Positions 31,961-43,576 of a stretch of 64,000 bases of DNA are shown in pieces. The translations under genes were made by a program, and so were the position numbers. Positions within the stretch are counted from its first letter, which is position 1, and every line of letters starts with the position of its first letter. The notes under the pieces were generated by a model. The model was given only the letters and a program-made list of their open reading frames with translations, was not told the origin of the DNA and did no database searches. The stretch covers positions 384,001 through 448,000 of the forward strand of contig CAVTHK010000007.1 of NCBI GenBank assembly GCA_963734495.1, in the 5' to 3' direction. The stretch comes from an uncultured Spirochaetota bacterium. GTDB taxonomy: Bacteria > Spirochaetota > Spirochaetia > SZUA-6 > CAVTHK01.

Positions 31961-32992
31961 ATGATGGCGCGCGCGGACGCGCGGGCGGCAGCCGATGGGG
32001 AAGAACGGCTCGAGGACGAGCTGAGCGAGCCGTGGGGGCGGCCCGCCGAGGCCGCCCGTCGCATCGACGGCGATATCCTCGTGCTGGGCGCCGGCGGCAA
32101 GATGGGCCCTACCCTGGCCATGATGCTGCGTCGGGCGGCGGCGGGGATGGTCTACGCCGCCTCGCGCTGGTCCGACGAGGCCGCGCGGGATCGGCTGGAG
32201 CGTGCCGGCGTCCGCACCGTCGCGGTCGACCTCCTCGACCGCGACGCCTATCGCGAGCTGCCCGACGCGGCCACCGTCTACTACCTGGCGGGCATGAAGT
32301 TCGGCGCGAGCGCGCGGCAGGACCTCACGTGGGCCATGAACGCCTACGTCCCCGCGCTGGTCGCCGAGCGATTCCGGGGCAGCCGCATGGTCGTGTTCTC
32401 GACCGGGAACGTCTACCCCTTTGTCCCGATCGAAAGCGGCGGCGCGCGCGAGGACACGCAGCCGGAGCCGGTCGGCGAATACGCGCAGTCGTGCCTCGCT
32501 CGCGAGCGCATGTTCCAGTATTTCGGCGGCCGGCACGGCACTCCGGCGACCATAGTGCGCCTCAACTACGCCAACGAGCCGCGTTACGGCATCATCGTCG
32601 ACGTCGCCTCGAGGATCCTGCGCGACGAGCCCGTCGACCTGTCGATGGGCCACGTCAACCTCATCTGGCAGGGCGACGCCAACAACTACATCGCGGCCTC
32701 GGCCGCGATCGCCGCTTCCCCGCCGGCGATCCTGAACGTGGCGGGGGCCGGCACGGTACGGCTGCGCGACCTCGCCGCCCGGCTCGGGAGCCTGCTCGGG
32801 CGGGAGCCGCGGCTCGACGGATGCGAGCGGCCGACGGCGCTGCTTGCGGACGCATCGCGCTGCTTCGAGCTCTACGGTCCGCCCAGGGCGTCCCTCGACT
32901 GGATGACCGAGCGGATCGCCGGATGGCTCGCGGCGGGTGGCCGCACGCTCGGCAAGCCGACGAAGTTCCAGGTGCGCGACGGGCGCTTCTGA
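31961..32992 (+). CDS. NAD-dependent epimerase/dehydratase
   Basis: ILVLGAGGKMGPTLA, LAGMKFG, FSTGNVY, GEYAQSCLARER, RLNYA, KPTKFQVRDGRF. Confidence 0.85.
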   Translation: MMARADARAAADGEERLEDELSEPWGRPAEAARRIDGDILVLGAGGKMGPTLAMMLRRAAAGMVYAASRWSDEAARDRLERAGVRTVAVDLLDRDAYRELPDAATVYYLAGMKFGASARQDLTWAMNAYVPALVAERFRGSRMVVFSTGNVYPFVPIESGGAREDTQPEPVGEYAQSCLARERMFQYFGGRHGTPATIVRLNYANEPRYGIIVDVASRILRDEPVDLSMGHVNLIWQGDANNYIAASAAIAASPPAILNVAGAGTVRLRDLAARLGSLLGREPRLDGCERPTALLADASRCFELYGPPRASLDWMTERIAGWLAAGGRTLGKPTKFQVRDGRF

Positions 32993-33004
32993 GGGGAGAG
33001 AGAG

Positions 33005-34076
33005 ATGAGCGCAGCACCCATGCCGCCTGCCGCCGTCCTGAACGCCCTGCGCCGCGGCTGCGTCATCCCGGCGCACGCGCTCGCGCTCGACGGCCGCCTC
33101 GGGCTCGACGAGCGCCACCAGCGGGCGCTCACGCGCTACTACATCGACGCCGGGGCCGGCGGCCTGGCGGTCGGCGTGCACACGACGGAGTTCGCGATCC
33201 ACAGGACCGACGTCGGCCTCTACCGCCCGGTGCTGGAGCTGGCCGCGCGGGCCGCCGGTGGCTGGAGAGGGACCCCGCCCGACCTCATCCTGATCGCGGG
33301 GCTGGTCGGCCGCACCTCGCAGGCGGTTCGCGAGGCGGAGGCTGCGCGAGCGGAAGGCTACCACATCGGCCTCCTCAGCCTCGGCGCCCTCTCGGACAGC
33401 GGCGACGACGAGCTGATCGCCCACTGCCGCTCTGTCGCGGAGGTGATCCCGATCATGGGTTTCTATCTCCAGCCGTCGGTCGGCGGGAGGATCCTCTCGG
33501 AGGGCTTCTGGCGCAGGCTCGCCGGAATCCCCAACCTCGTGGCGGTCAAGATCGCGCCTTTCAACCGCTACATGACGCTGCACGTCGTGCGCGCTCTGGC
33601 CGAGGCGGGACGCGACGACGTGGCCCTGTACACGGGCAACGACGACGCCATCCTCTTCGACCTGCTCACGCGCTACGAGCTGGCGCTGAGCGGCCGCCGC
33701 GTGCGCCGCGAGATCGTCGGCGGCCTGCTCGGCCACTGGGCCTACTGGACCAGGCGCGCCGTGGAGCACCTGGAGCGCTGCCGCGAGGCGCGCGGAGCCG
33801 CGTCGGTCCCGGCCGACCTGCTCACGCTCGCGGCCCAGGTGACCGAGTCGAACGAGGCCGTCTTCGATCCCGCGCAGCTCGTTTGCGGGCTGCATCAGCG
33901 GGATCCTCTACTGCCTCGCGCGGGTGGGCCTCGTCGACGGCGTGCGCACCCTCGGGGAGGGCGAGCGCCTCTCGCCCGGGCAGACCGCGAAGATCGACCG
34001 GGTGGTGGCAGCCTACCCTCACCTGGCCGATGACGAGTTCGTCAGGGAACGCCTGGATCGCTGGCTCGCGCCGTGA
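33005..34076 (+). CDS. DapA (dihydrodipicolinate synthase) family aldolase/lyase (frameshift near 33875)
   Basis: GGLAVGVHTTEF, FYLQPSVGG, AVKIAPFNRY, LYTGNDD; C-terminus YPHLADDEFVRERLDRW in the shifted frame. Confidence 0.85.
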
Positions 34077-34156
34077 GCCGTCGCGGCGGGGCCACGGTCC
34101 CGCCGCCGGCCCGCCCGGCGCAGTCCGCGACATGAAACCGCAAGGAGGTACTCGCA

Positions 34157-34909
34157 GTGGACGTCCGGGTTTTCGCAACAGTGGCCGAAATGGGGAGAGC
34201 GGCAGCCCGTCACGGGGCCGAAGGGATCAGGGCCGCGGTGGCGGCCCACGACAAGGCGAACATCATCCTCGCGACCGGAACGAGCCAGTACTCGATGCTC
34301 GAGGCGCTGGCGGCGGAGCCCAAGATCGACTGGTCGCGGATCACGGTGTTCCACCTCGACGAGTACGTCGGGCCTGAGCGACGACGCACCCGGCCAGCTT
34401 CCGGAAATACCTCAAGGAGCGGTTCGTGAGCCGCGTGAGCAAGGTCGCGGCCTTTCACGCGGTGCGGGGCGACGGCCCCGATCCGGCCGCGGAGTGCCGC
34501 AGGCTCGGTGAGCTGATCCGCAGGCACCCGATCGACGTCGCCTTTATCGGCATCGGGGAGAACGGCCATCTCGCCTTCAACGACCCGCCGGCCGACTTCG
34601 ACACGGAGGAGCCCTACCTCGTCGTCGCGCTCGACGAGGCGTGCCGCAGGCAGCAGGTCGGCGAGGGCTGGTTCGCGTCGCTCGCCGATGTCCCGCAGAA
34701 GGCGATCTCGATGAGCATCCGCCAGATCCTCCGCAGCTGGGCGCATCGTCTGCACGGTGCCCGACGTCCGCAAGGCGGACGCGGTCAAGTGCGCCGTCGA
34801 AGGCGAGCTGACCAACCGATGCCCGGCGTCGATCCTCCGCACGCACCGCGACTGCGTGATGTTCCTGGACCGGCCGGCGGGCTCGAAGCTCGCGCGTACG
34901 GCGAAATGA
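34157..34909 (+). CDS. Glucosamine-6-phosphate deaminase-like protein (frameshifts near 34378 and 34740)
   Basis: [59 protein letters not shown]. Confidence 0.82.
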
Positions 34910-35934
34910 GGCCCGCCGTGCGGCCCCGCATCGCCTTTGCCGGCTTCCGCCACGTCCACATGCTCCAGTTCCACGCGGCGGCGAGCCGGCACCGGGGGGT
35001 CGAGATCGCCGCCGCGGCCGAAGACGACCGCGCCGCCGCCGACGCGGCGGCAGCCCAGGGCGTGCGGCTCACCCACCCGACCGTGGACGCGCTGCTCGCG
35101 GACGCCGCCGCCTACGACGTGCTCGCGGTCGGCGAGACCTTCGGCCGCCGCGGCGCGCTCGCACTCCGAGGCCTCGAGGCCGGCAAGCACCTGATCATCG
35201 ACAAGCCGCCCTGCATACGCCTCGCCGAGCTCGAGCGCGTCGAGGCCGCGGCGCGCGCGAAATCGCTCCGCGTCGGCTGCCTCCTCGACCTGCGCGACTC
35301 GGGCCCGTTCCGCGCCCTCCGCCGGGAGGTGCGCGCCGGCACGATCGGCCGGGTCCACTCGGTCGTCTTTATGGGGCAGCATCCGCTGATGTTCGGCGCG
35401 AGGCCCGCGTGGTACTTCGAGCCGGGCCAGCACGGCGGCACGATCAACGACATCGCGATCCACGCGCTCGACGGGCTGCCGTGGCTCCTCGGGTCGCCGG
35501 TGGCGGAGATCGTGTCCGCCCGCACCTGGAATGACCGCCTCACGCAGCACCCCGACTTCGAGATCGGCGCGCAGCTCATGGTCCGGCTGGCCGACGGCAC
35601 GGGATGCATCGGCGACGTGTCGTACCTCGCGCCCGACAGCCAGGGCTACACCGTGCCCACGTACTGGCGCTTCACGCTGGCTGGAGAGCGCGGCACGCTC
35701 GAAGCCGCTTCGACCGCGAAAGAGGTCATGGCGTGGAAGGACGGCGAGAAGAAGGGCGCGGCCCTGCCCCTCGAGCCCGCGCGCGCGAGCGGCGTGCTGG
35801 ACGACTTCCTCGCCGAGATCGGCGGCCGGCCTCACGAGGCGGAGCTCACCACCGAGGGAGTCTTCGCCTCCGCGCGCGCGGCGCTGCTGGCGCAGGAGGC
35901 CGCGCGCACGCACCGGCCGGTGCGCGTCGTGTGA
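34906..35934 (+). CDS. Gfo/Idh/MocA family oxidoreductase
   Basis: [34 protein letters not shown] overlap with the previous gene. Confidence 0.85.
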   Translation: MRPAVRPRIAFAGFRHVHMLQFHAAASRHRGVEIAAAAEDDRAAADAAAAQGVRLTHPTVDALLADAAAYDVLAVGETFGRRGALALRGLEAGKHLIIDKPPCIRLAELERVEAAARAKSLRVGCLLDLRDSGPFRALRREVRAGTIGRVHSVVFMGQHPLMFGARPAWYFEPGQHGGTINDIAIHALDGLPWLLGSPVAEIVSARTWNDRLTQHPDFEIGAQLMVRLADGTGCIGDVSYLAPDSQGYTVPTYWRFTLAGERGTLEAASTAKEVMAWKDGEKKGAALPLEPARASGVLDDFLAEIGGRPHEAELTTEGVFASARAALLAQEAARTHRPVRVV

Positions 35935-35944
35935 CAGGCTTACG

Positions 35945-37209
35945 TTACCTCGCCTCCAGCAGCCCACTCACCGCCAGGTCGTAGTTCGGTTTCGTCCCGT
36001 CCCACGCCGGGAAGTTGACATCAGGACCAAGGTCAAGGTTGCGCTCATCAGCCCATTCGCGCATCCAGGCGAGGGCGTCGTCCACCGGCTCCCGTGGCGG
36101 ATTCTGCGCCAGCGGTCTGCCGGAGGGCGAGTGGAAGAGCAAGGCGCCATCCGCGCCGGTGCTGATGGTCCAGCCCCCCTCGTGGACCAGATGATGATGG
36201 CGGGTGCAGAGCAGCACGGTATTCTCGAGGCTGGTCTCCCCGCCGTGCAGCCAGTGCTCGATGTGGTGGCCGTGCAGGAACCTGGTGTGGGTGCACCCGG
36301 GAAAGGCGCAGCCGCGGTCCCGCACCATCAAGGCCCGGCGGATGGCGGGCGGAATGCTGCGGGTACGGCGGCCGATGTTCAGATTCTCCCCGTCCCCACC
36401 GACGGCCACCAGACCGCAATCACAGGCCACCCTCCGCAGCGTTTCCGCGGAAACGCGGGTGCCGTCCTCCAGGGTGGCCGACCACTCGCCGTCGGCGCCG
36501 AGCGCCTCCTGCTCGAGATGAACCATGACCTGGAAGCGCTCCCCGCCGCTTCCCGTCACCGGATGGCCGGCCAGGAACGACTCGGCGAGCTCGACCGCGC
36601 CATCCGCCCGGGATGGCCAGCGCGCTTCCGCGGAAACGCCCGCGGCCGGTCCTCCGCCGCTTCCTTCGCCGGCTCGGCCTGCACCTCCCGGGCACGCTCG
36701 ACCGCGCGCAGGACCAGGTCCGCCTCGTCGGGCTCGAGCACCAGCTCCAGCTTGACCATTCCCCCCGGCAGCACCCGCCGGTATACCGAACGCTCCTCCG
36801 GCGCCGGCGCCGTCTCCGAGTCCGTCGCGGCTCGATAGCCCCGGCACAGCCGCTCAAGCTGCGCCCCGGTTGCCACCAGCGCCAGCTCCAGCAGCTTGCC
36901 CTCGTTCTGCGGCGTCGCCACTCGCGTGAGGGCGCGGACCTTGGCGTAGGAAAGGCTGGCCGAGCGGAACGCCTCGTCTATCGCGGGCAGCGTGCCCAGA
37001 GCGCGCGCCACCCGCACCTTCTCCCGCGCGGTGGCCGGGTCCCATCCGAGCCGCCAGGCCAGCCAGTGCGCGCAGGAAACGGCGCCCTGGTCGCACCAGC
37101 CGCCGGCCTCGTCGAACTGCCTGATGCATTCCAGCAGGCGATGAGCGGCCGCATCGAGGTGCGCCGACAGGCTGGCGATCTCCTCGCCGAGCTCTTCTGT
37201 GGGGGTCAT
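35945..37209 (-). CDS. DUF222-domain HNH endonuclease (frameshift near 36640)
   Basis: [75 protein letters not shown]...[31 protein letters not shown]. Confidence 0.9.
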
Positions 37210-37215
37210 GCTTAT

Positions 37216-37244
37216 ACTATACATATGTATAGCTTCAAATGCAA
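37216..37244 (-). promoter_or_regulatory. Leaderless sigma70 promoter with an overlapping 16-bp palindromic operator
   Basis: TTGCAT-17-TATAGT, 6 nt before ATG; CTATACATATGTATAG at 37217-37232. Confidence 0.7.
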
Positions 37245-37285
37245 GGGGTATCCTGAGCCCCGCCCCCGCCCCCCCGGCAACGAGC

Positions 37286-39743
37286 CTATATGCCGCGCCT
37301 GTTGCGCTCGAGCAGGTCGTCCACCGACTGCTTCGTGCTCGGCGTGTGCCCGGGCAGCGGCAGGAGCCGCTCGTGGATCGCGTCGACGATCCACTCCTTC
37401 TGCGGGAAGAAGGCCTCCTCGAGCTCGGCCGCGGGCGTGATCCAGTTGCGCGAGCCGACGACGACGGGCGGCCCGTCGAGCCAGTCGAAGGCGGCCTGCG
37501 TGACCTGCGAGGCGATCGTGTGGAGGAACGACCCGCGGTCGCAGGCGTCCGAGGAGAGCGCGATGCGCCCGGTCTTGCGCACCGACTCGAGGATCGGGCC
37601 GTAGTCGAGCGGGTTGAGGAAGCGCGCGTCGATGACCTCGGCCGAGACGCCGTAGCGCGCCTCGAGCAGGTCCGCGGCCTCGAGCGCGCGATAGAGCGTG
37701 GCGCCGAGGGTGACGATGGTGACGTCGCTTCCTTCGCGGCGGACGGCGGGCTCGCCTTCGGGCACCTCGTAGTAGCCCTCGGGCACGGCCTGGAACATCT
37801 CGCCGACGTCGTAGAGCCGCTGGCTCTCGAAGAAGACGACGGGGTCCGTGCCGCGCAGCGCCCGGTTGAGCATGCCTTTCGCGTCGTAGGGCGTGGCCGG
37901 GAAGTAGATCTTGAGCCCGGGCACGTGCGCCATCATCGCGCTCCAGTCCTGCGAGTGCTGCGCCCCGTACTTGCTGCCCACCGAGATGCGCAGCACCATC
38001 GGCATCTTGAGCACGCCCGCGGACATCGCCTGCCACTTGGCCATCTGGTTGAAGATCTCGTCGCCCGCGCGGCCGACGAAGTCGCAGTACATGAGCTCGG
38101 CGACGACGCGGCCCCCGCACAGCGCGTAGCCGACGGCCGAGCCCACGATCGCGCCCTCGGAGATCGGCGTGTTGAACAGTCGCTGATACGGCAGGCTCTC
38201 GGTGAGGCCGCGGTAGACGGCGAAGGCTCCGCCCCAGTCGCGGTTTTCCTCGCCGAACGCAACCATCGTCGGGTCGATCTCGAAGCGGTGCAGCATCGCC
38301 TCGAAGAGCGCGTCGCGAAAGGCGAGCATCCGCGCCTTGGGCACGGGCTTTCCGTCGGCGTCGACGGCGAGGCGGGCCTTTTTCCGATTGGACTCCACGC
38401 GCGGGTTGGCGTCGTGGGCGAGGAGCAGCTCCGGCGCTGCGCTCCTCGTGCCGTTCGACGGAGCCGTTGGAGAACATCACCTCCCCGATCGCCTCGCTCG
38501 ACATCGCGATGCGCGGCGAGATCTCGTCGGAGACGGCGCGCTCGACCGCGCGCTTGACGCGGACGCCGCTTCCGCGGCCAGCGCGTCGGCGTCCGCCGCC
38601 GTGAGCACGCCGCCGTCCACCAGGCGCTTGCGGAAAGACGGTATGCAGTCGACCCGGCTCCACAGCTCGACCTCTTCCTTGGTGCGGTAGCTCGACGCGT
38701 CGGACGGGGAGTGGCCGGAGAACCGGTACGTGACCACGTCGAGCAGCACCGGGCCGTCGCCGCGCTGCAGGACCTCGCGCTTGCGCTCGACGGCGTCCGC
38801 GACCGCCATCGGGTCGTAGCCGTCGACGCGCTCGGCGTGCATGGCCGCCTCGTTGACGCCGGCCCCGATGCGGGCGAGCACGCCGAAGCCCATGGTCTCG
38901 CCCGCGGTCTGCCCGCCCATGCCGTAGAAGTTGTTGAAGAAGTTGTAGAGGATCGGGCGGCGCGCCGCCCATCTCCCTGGGCCACAGCGTGCGGTACTGG
39001 TCCATGGCCGCGACCATTATCGCCTCCCAGGTCGGGCCGCAGGCCGAGGAGCCGTCGCCGATGTTGCAGATGACGATGCCGGGCCTCCGGTTGATGCGCT
39101 TGAACAGCGCCGCGCCCGTGGAGATGTCGGAGGAGCCGCCGACGATCGCGTTGTTGGGCATGCTGCCGAACGGGGCGAAGAACGCGTGCATCGAGCCGCC
39201 GAAACCGCGGTTGAAGCCGGTGTCCCGCGCGAAGATCTCCGCCAGCGTCCCGTAGAGGACGTAGTCGATCCCGAGCTCGCGCACCCCTCCCGAGGCGCCG
39301 GGCTCGACGATGCGCAGGATGCGGCCGCCCATGTAGTCCCGCATAACGGACTGCAGGCGGGCTTCGTCCAGCTTCGCGACCGCGGAGAGGCACTTGGCGA
39401 GGATCTCGCCGTGGCTGCGGTGCGAGCCGAAGACGAGGTCGTCGATGCCCAGCGTCAGGCACTGTCCGACCGCGGCCGACTCCTGCCCGATCGACAGGTG
39501 CGCGGGCCCCTTGTGCTCGTAGCTGATGCCCTGGTAGACGCCCTTGGTCTTGATCTCGTTGAGCGCGGTCTCGAATTCGCGGATGAGCATCATGTGCCGG
39601 AGCACGGTGCGCAGGGAGTCGTCGCCGTACCGGCGGCGCTCCTTCTCGATGTCGGGCTTGTAGGCGTTGAGCGCGATCTCGCGGCTCTTGAGCTTTCCTG
39701 CCTTGCGGACCTGCGCGGGGTCCACGACGATGGACTTGGGCAT
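37286..39743 (-). CDS. Fused 2-oxoacid dehydrogenase E1 alpha/beta (several frameshifts)
   Basis: [30 protein letters not shown]...[14 protein letters not shown]; beta half [38 protein letters not shown]. Confidence 0.9.
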
Positions 39744-39782
39744 GACTCCTCCCTGTGCGGCGGCGCCCGGGCCGCCGCGTGT

Positions 39783-40983
39783 CTACAGCGCGAGCTGCAG
39801 GTCGATCTCCGCGAGCGCCCGGCCGAGCGCCTGCAGGAACCGCGCCGCCGGCGCGCCGTCGACCACCTGGTGGTCGATCGTGAGCGAGAGCCCGAGGCTG
39901 TCGACGAACTCGATCTCGCCGTGCGCGTCGCGCACCGGGCGCAGCGTGACGGCCCCGACACCGAGGATCGCGACCTGCGGCGGGTTCAATACCGGGGTGA
40001 ATGTCTCCACCCCGAGGCTCCCCAGATTGGTGACGGTGAAGGTCCCCCCGGCGAGATCGTCCGGGCTCACGCTGCCCTTGACGCAGGCCTCGGCGAGGCG
40101 CCGCGCCTCTCGAGACAGGGCGGCCAGACCGAGGGCCTGCGCGTCGCGGATCACCGGCACCATCAGGCCGCGCTCGGTGTCCACGGCGAAGCCGAGGTGG
40201 ACCGCCGCGTGGCGCGTGACGGCGCCGCCGGCGAACGTCGCGTTCAGGTCGGGGGTGCGAAGCAGCACGCGCGTGACGGCGAACAGCACGAGGTCGTTGA
40301 TCGTCACGCCGCGGAGGCCGTACTCGTCCGGGCTGTCCTTGAAGCGGCGGCGCAGGTCGAGCAGACGCCGCGCGTCGGCCGACGCGTTCAGCGTGAAGTG
40401 CGCGCTGCCCTGGACCGCGGCGAGCATGCGCTCGGCGATCAGCTTGCGCACGCCGCGCAGGGGTGCCGCGGCAGCGGGTGCCGCGGCCGCCGGGGCGGCA
40501 GGAGCTGTCGCGACGGCCAGCACGTCCCGCACGATGACCCGGCCGCCCGGGCCGGAGCCTGCGAGAGCCGCGGGGTCGACGCCGCGCTCGGATGCGAGGC
40601 GCCGCGCGCGGGGCGACACGCGCAGCCGGCCCGGGCGCGCGCCTGCAGGCGGCGCCCCGGCGGCGCGCCGCCGCTTTCGGCGCGGGCGCGGGGGCCGCGG
40701 CTTTCGGCGCCGCGCCCGCGGGCCGCAGCGCCGCTGCCGACTCCCCGGGCGCGCCGATCGCCGCGATGTTCGTGAGCACGGGCACGTCGGCGCCCTCGGC
40801 GAAGAAGCATTCGAGCAGCGTCCCCGCGGCGGGGGCCGGCACCTCGAAGACCGCCTTGTCGGTCTCGACCTCGCACAGCACGTCGCCCGCGGCGACCACG
40901 GAGCCCGGCTGCTTCTTCCACGCGAGGATCACGCAGCTCTCCACTGTGTTGCCCTGGCGGGGCATTACGACTGCCGTAGCCAA
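39783..40983 (-). CDS. Dihydrolipoamide acyltransferase E2 (frameshifts in the Ala/Pro linker)
   Basis: Lipoyl domain [15 protein letters not shown]...[45 protein letters not shown] before TTG. Confidence 0.9.
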
Positions 40984-41016
40984 CTGTGCCTCCAGCAGGC
41001 TTGGGTCGCCTTCTTC

Positions 41017-41075
41017 CAATGACTTTGTCATTGACTTACGCACCAACACTAATCGGCTTTCACTTGGCGGTCAAG
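41017..41075 (-). promoter_or_regulatory. Promoter and 7-3-7 operator of the E2-E1 operon
   Basis: Minus strand TTGACC-17-TAGTGT; CAATGAC-N3-GTCATTG at 41017-41033, downstream of the -10. Confidence 0.55.
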
Positions 41076-41149
41076 GGGCGGGTCAGGCGGTCACTTGCCG
41101 CCTCGGCTGCATGGGCCGCACTCCCGCCGGCCGCCTGCACGGCCCCCCG

Positions 41150-41907
41150 TCAAACCACCTCCACCTCGACACCCGCCTCCGCGAGCCGGCGGCGGCCTTC
41201 TTCATCCATGCCCGTGTCCGTGATCAGGGTCCCGACCGAGCTGATGGGGGTGATGGTCACGAAGCCCGGTCCTTCCCCACTTCGAGGAGTCGGCGACCAG
41301 GATCGTCCGGTCCGCCCTTTCGACCATTCGCTTGAGGACCGCGGCGGCCTCCGGGAAAGTAGCTCGAAAGGCCGTGCTCGATGGTGAAGCCGTCGGTGCC
41401 CACGAAGGCGAGGCGCACGTGGAAGCTGTCGAGGCCCCCGAGGGCCATCGGGCCCACGAAGGCCTCGGTTTCCGCGCGAAAGGTGCCGCCGAGCACCACG
41501 AGCTGGATCGCCGGATTGGCGCGCGCGTACGGGATGACGAGGGCCGAGTTGGTGACGATCCGCACGTCGCGCCGGCCCACCAGGTAGCGGGCGACCAGGG
41601 CGGTCGTCGTGCCCGCCTCGATCATGATCGTGTCCCCGTCGGTGACGAGGGCGGCGGCGCGCCTGGCGATGCGGTGCTTTTCGTCGGCCCGGTGCTTCTG
41701 CCGTTTCAGGATTTCCGGGTGGAAGGCGGGCGAAGCGCCCCCGCGCGTGCGGAGGATCAGGCCGAGGGTCTCGAGGCGGGCGAGATCGGCCCGGACGGTC
41801 ACGGCCGACACCCTCGTCGCCTCGCTCATGCGGCTCACGGTGGCGCCGGGGTCGTCGGCGAGCAGGTCAAGAAGCGTTCTTTCCCTTTCGGAAAGGTTTT
41901 CCAGCAT
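41150..41907 (-). CDS. DeoR/GlpR family regulator (frameshifts near 41350 and 41265)
   Basis: VSAVTVRADLARLE..GLILRTRGGA, EKHRIA, IMIEAGTTT, IVTNS, AFVGTDG, VADSSK. Confidence 0.9.
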
Positions 41908-42023
41908 GATGCGAACAGTTTCGATGCTGATGCGGGCGCTGTCAACCCCCGATTTCTGCCGTCCCCCCCGCCCCGCGCCACGGCTCGACCGGGCCCGACC
42001 GGGGCGGGCCGATTTGACTGGAT

Positions 42024-42064
42024 TTGACAACCGCACCGGGGTCTGTTATAGCAGAGCCATAACA
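42024..42064 (+). promoter_or_regulatory. Promoter of the sugar ABC operon with an inverted repeat over the -10
   Basis: TTGACA-17-TATAGC; TGTTAT-N9-ATAACA at 42044-42064. Confidence 0.6.
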
Positions 42065-42173
42065 CGAGTGTTGTGCCGCAGCCACGCGTCGCAGGGCGTA
42101 CGCTGGAAGATGCCTGTCTCCTGTCCGCCCGTTGGGTGCGGGAGATCATGCCAGAGGGAAAGGGAGGCTCTGT

Positions 42174-43503
42174 ATGAACGGAAGAGCACTCGGGTGTTCT
42201 GATCGTGCTCCTGCTGTGCTGCCCGATGATGGCGTTCGCTTCCGGGCAAACGCCGGCGGCGAGCGCAAAGGTCGTCGAGATCCGCTACATGAGCCCGTGG
42301 GTCGAGGCCGACCCGAATGGGCCGGTTTTCGGAGCCATGGTCCGGAAGTTCAACGCCGAGCACCCCAACATCAAGGTGGTGCCCGACCTGCTGCCGTCAG
42401 CGAACCTGCGCACCAAGATCACGGTCGAGATGGCGGCCAACAACCCGCCGCACGCGGCCTGGTCGATCCTGAGCTACGCCCGCGAGTTCACCAGGGCGGA
42501 CAAGCTCATGGACTGGGCGCCGGTCTATGCCGATCCGAAGCACAAAGAGTACAAGGAGTGGTTCGACGAGAAGGTGCTCAAGACGCCGACCTACATGGGC
42601 ATCATCATGATGTCGCCCTTCGAGGCACACGTCGACGGGCTCTTCTACAATCAGGCGGCCTTCGACAAGCTGGGCCTGACCGTGCCCGCCACCGGTGACG
42701 ATCTCATCGCGGTCGCGAGGAAGAGCAAGGCCCAGGGCATCGCCGCGAGCGTGACAGGCGGCAAGACGATGCGCTTCGCGTGGCTGGCTTCGATCCTCCT
42801 GGCCCGCACCTCCGGGCTCGCAAACGCCAACGCCCTCGCCCTCGGCGATGCGATGGACAAGTGGAACGACCCGAAGTACGGCTTCCCCCAGGCGATGGCG
42901 AAGTTCAAGCAGTTCGTCGACGCAGGCGGCTATCCCGACGGCGTGCTCGGCATGGATCAGAACGAGTCGTACCAGGTCTTCGGCAAGGGCAAGGCCCTCA
43001 CCTACTACGAGGGCCAGTGGGTGCCGGCCGCCCTCAGGACGGCAGGCGGCGATGAGTTCTACAAGAACGTGCACCGGGCCAACTTCCCGAAGTTCACCGA
43101 CATGCCCAACGGCGACCCCGACGTCCTCACCGGCGGCATCATCGCGGGCCAGATCCTGGCCAAGCAGTACCCCGAGGCCGAGCGACAGGCAGCAATCCTG
43201 TTCTGCAAAACGGTGTCGAGCCCGGAGCTCATGGTGCGCAACATGGAGCTGGGCAACAACATCTACGCCGGCAAGTCGGCATGGGACGACTCCAAGTCGT
43301 TCCCGGTCTGGAAGGAGACGGTCGCGGCGTTCCGCGCGGCACCGCGCTTTATCCCGTCGATGGACGCCTTTGCTCCTCCGCAGGTCGACCTCGCCATCAA
43401 GCAGACGGCCATGCCCGGCATCATCACCGGACAGTTCACGGTGGACCAGGCGGTCGCCGAGGTGCAGAAGGCGGCGCTCGAGTACCTGAAGACCATCAAG
43501 TAG
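42174..43503 (+). CDS. Carbohydrate ABC transporter substrate-binding protein (probable frameshift in the signal peptide)
   Basis: GGGAGG RBS before ATG 42174; AFASGQ signal end, FNAEHPNIKV, GLFYN...FDKLGL.VP. Confidence 0.88.
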
Positions 43504-43518
43504 ATCTCGCTGCGATCG

Positions 43519-43550
43519 AGGGGCGCGGGGTGCGAAAGCCTCGCGCCCCT
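43519..43550 (+). other. Intercistronic stem-loop after the SBP gene
   Basis: AGGGGCGCGGGG...CCTCGCGCCCCT; possible mRNA-stabilising hairpin or attenuator. Confidence 0.5.
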
Positions 43551-43576
43551 TCATTCTCCCTCAAAGAGGTGCGACG

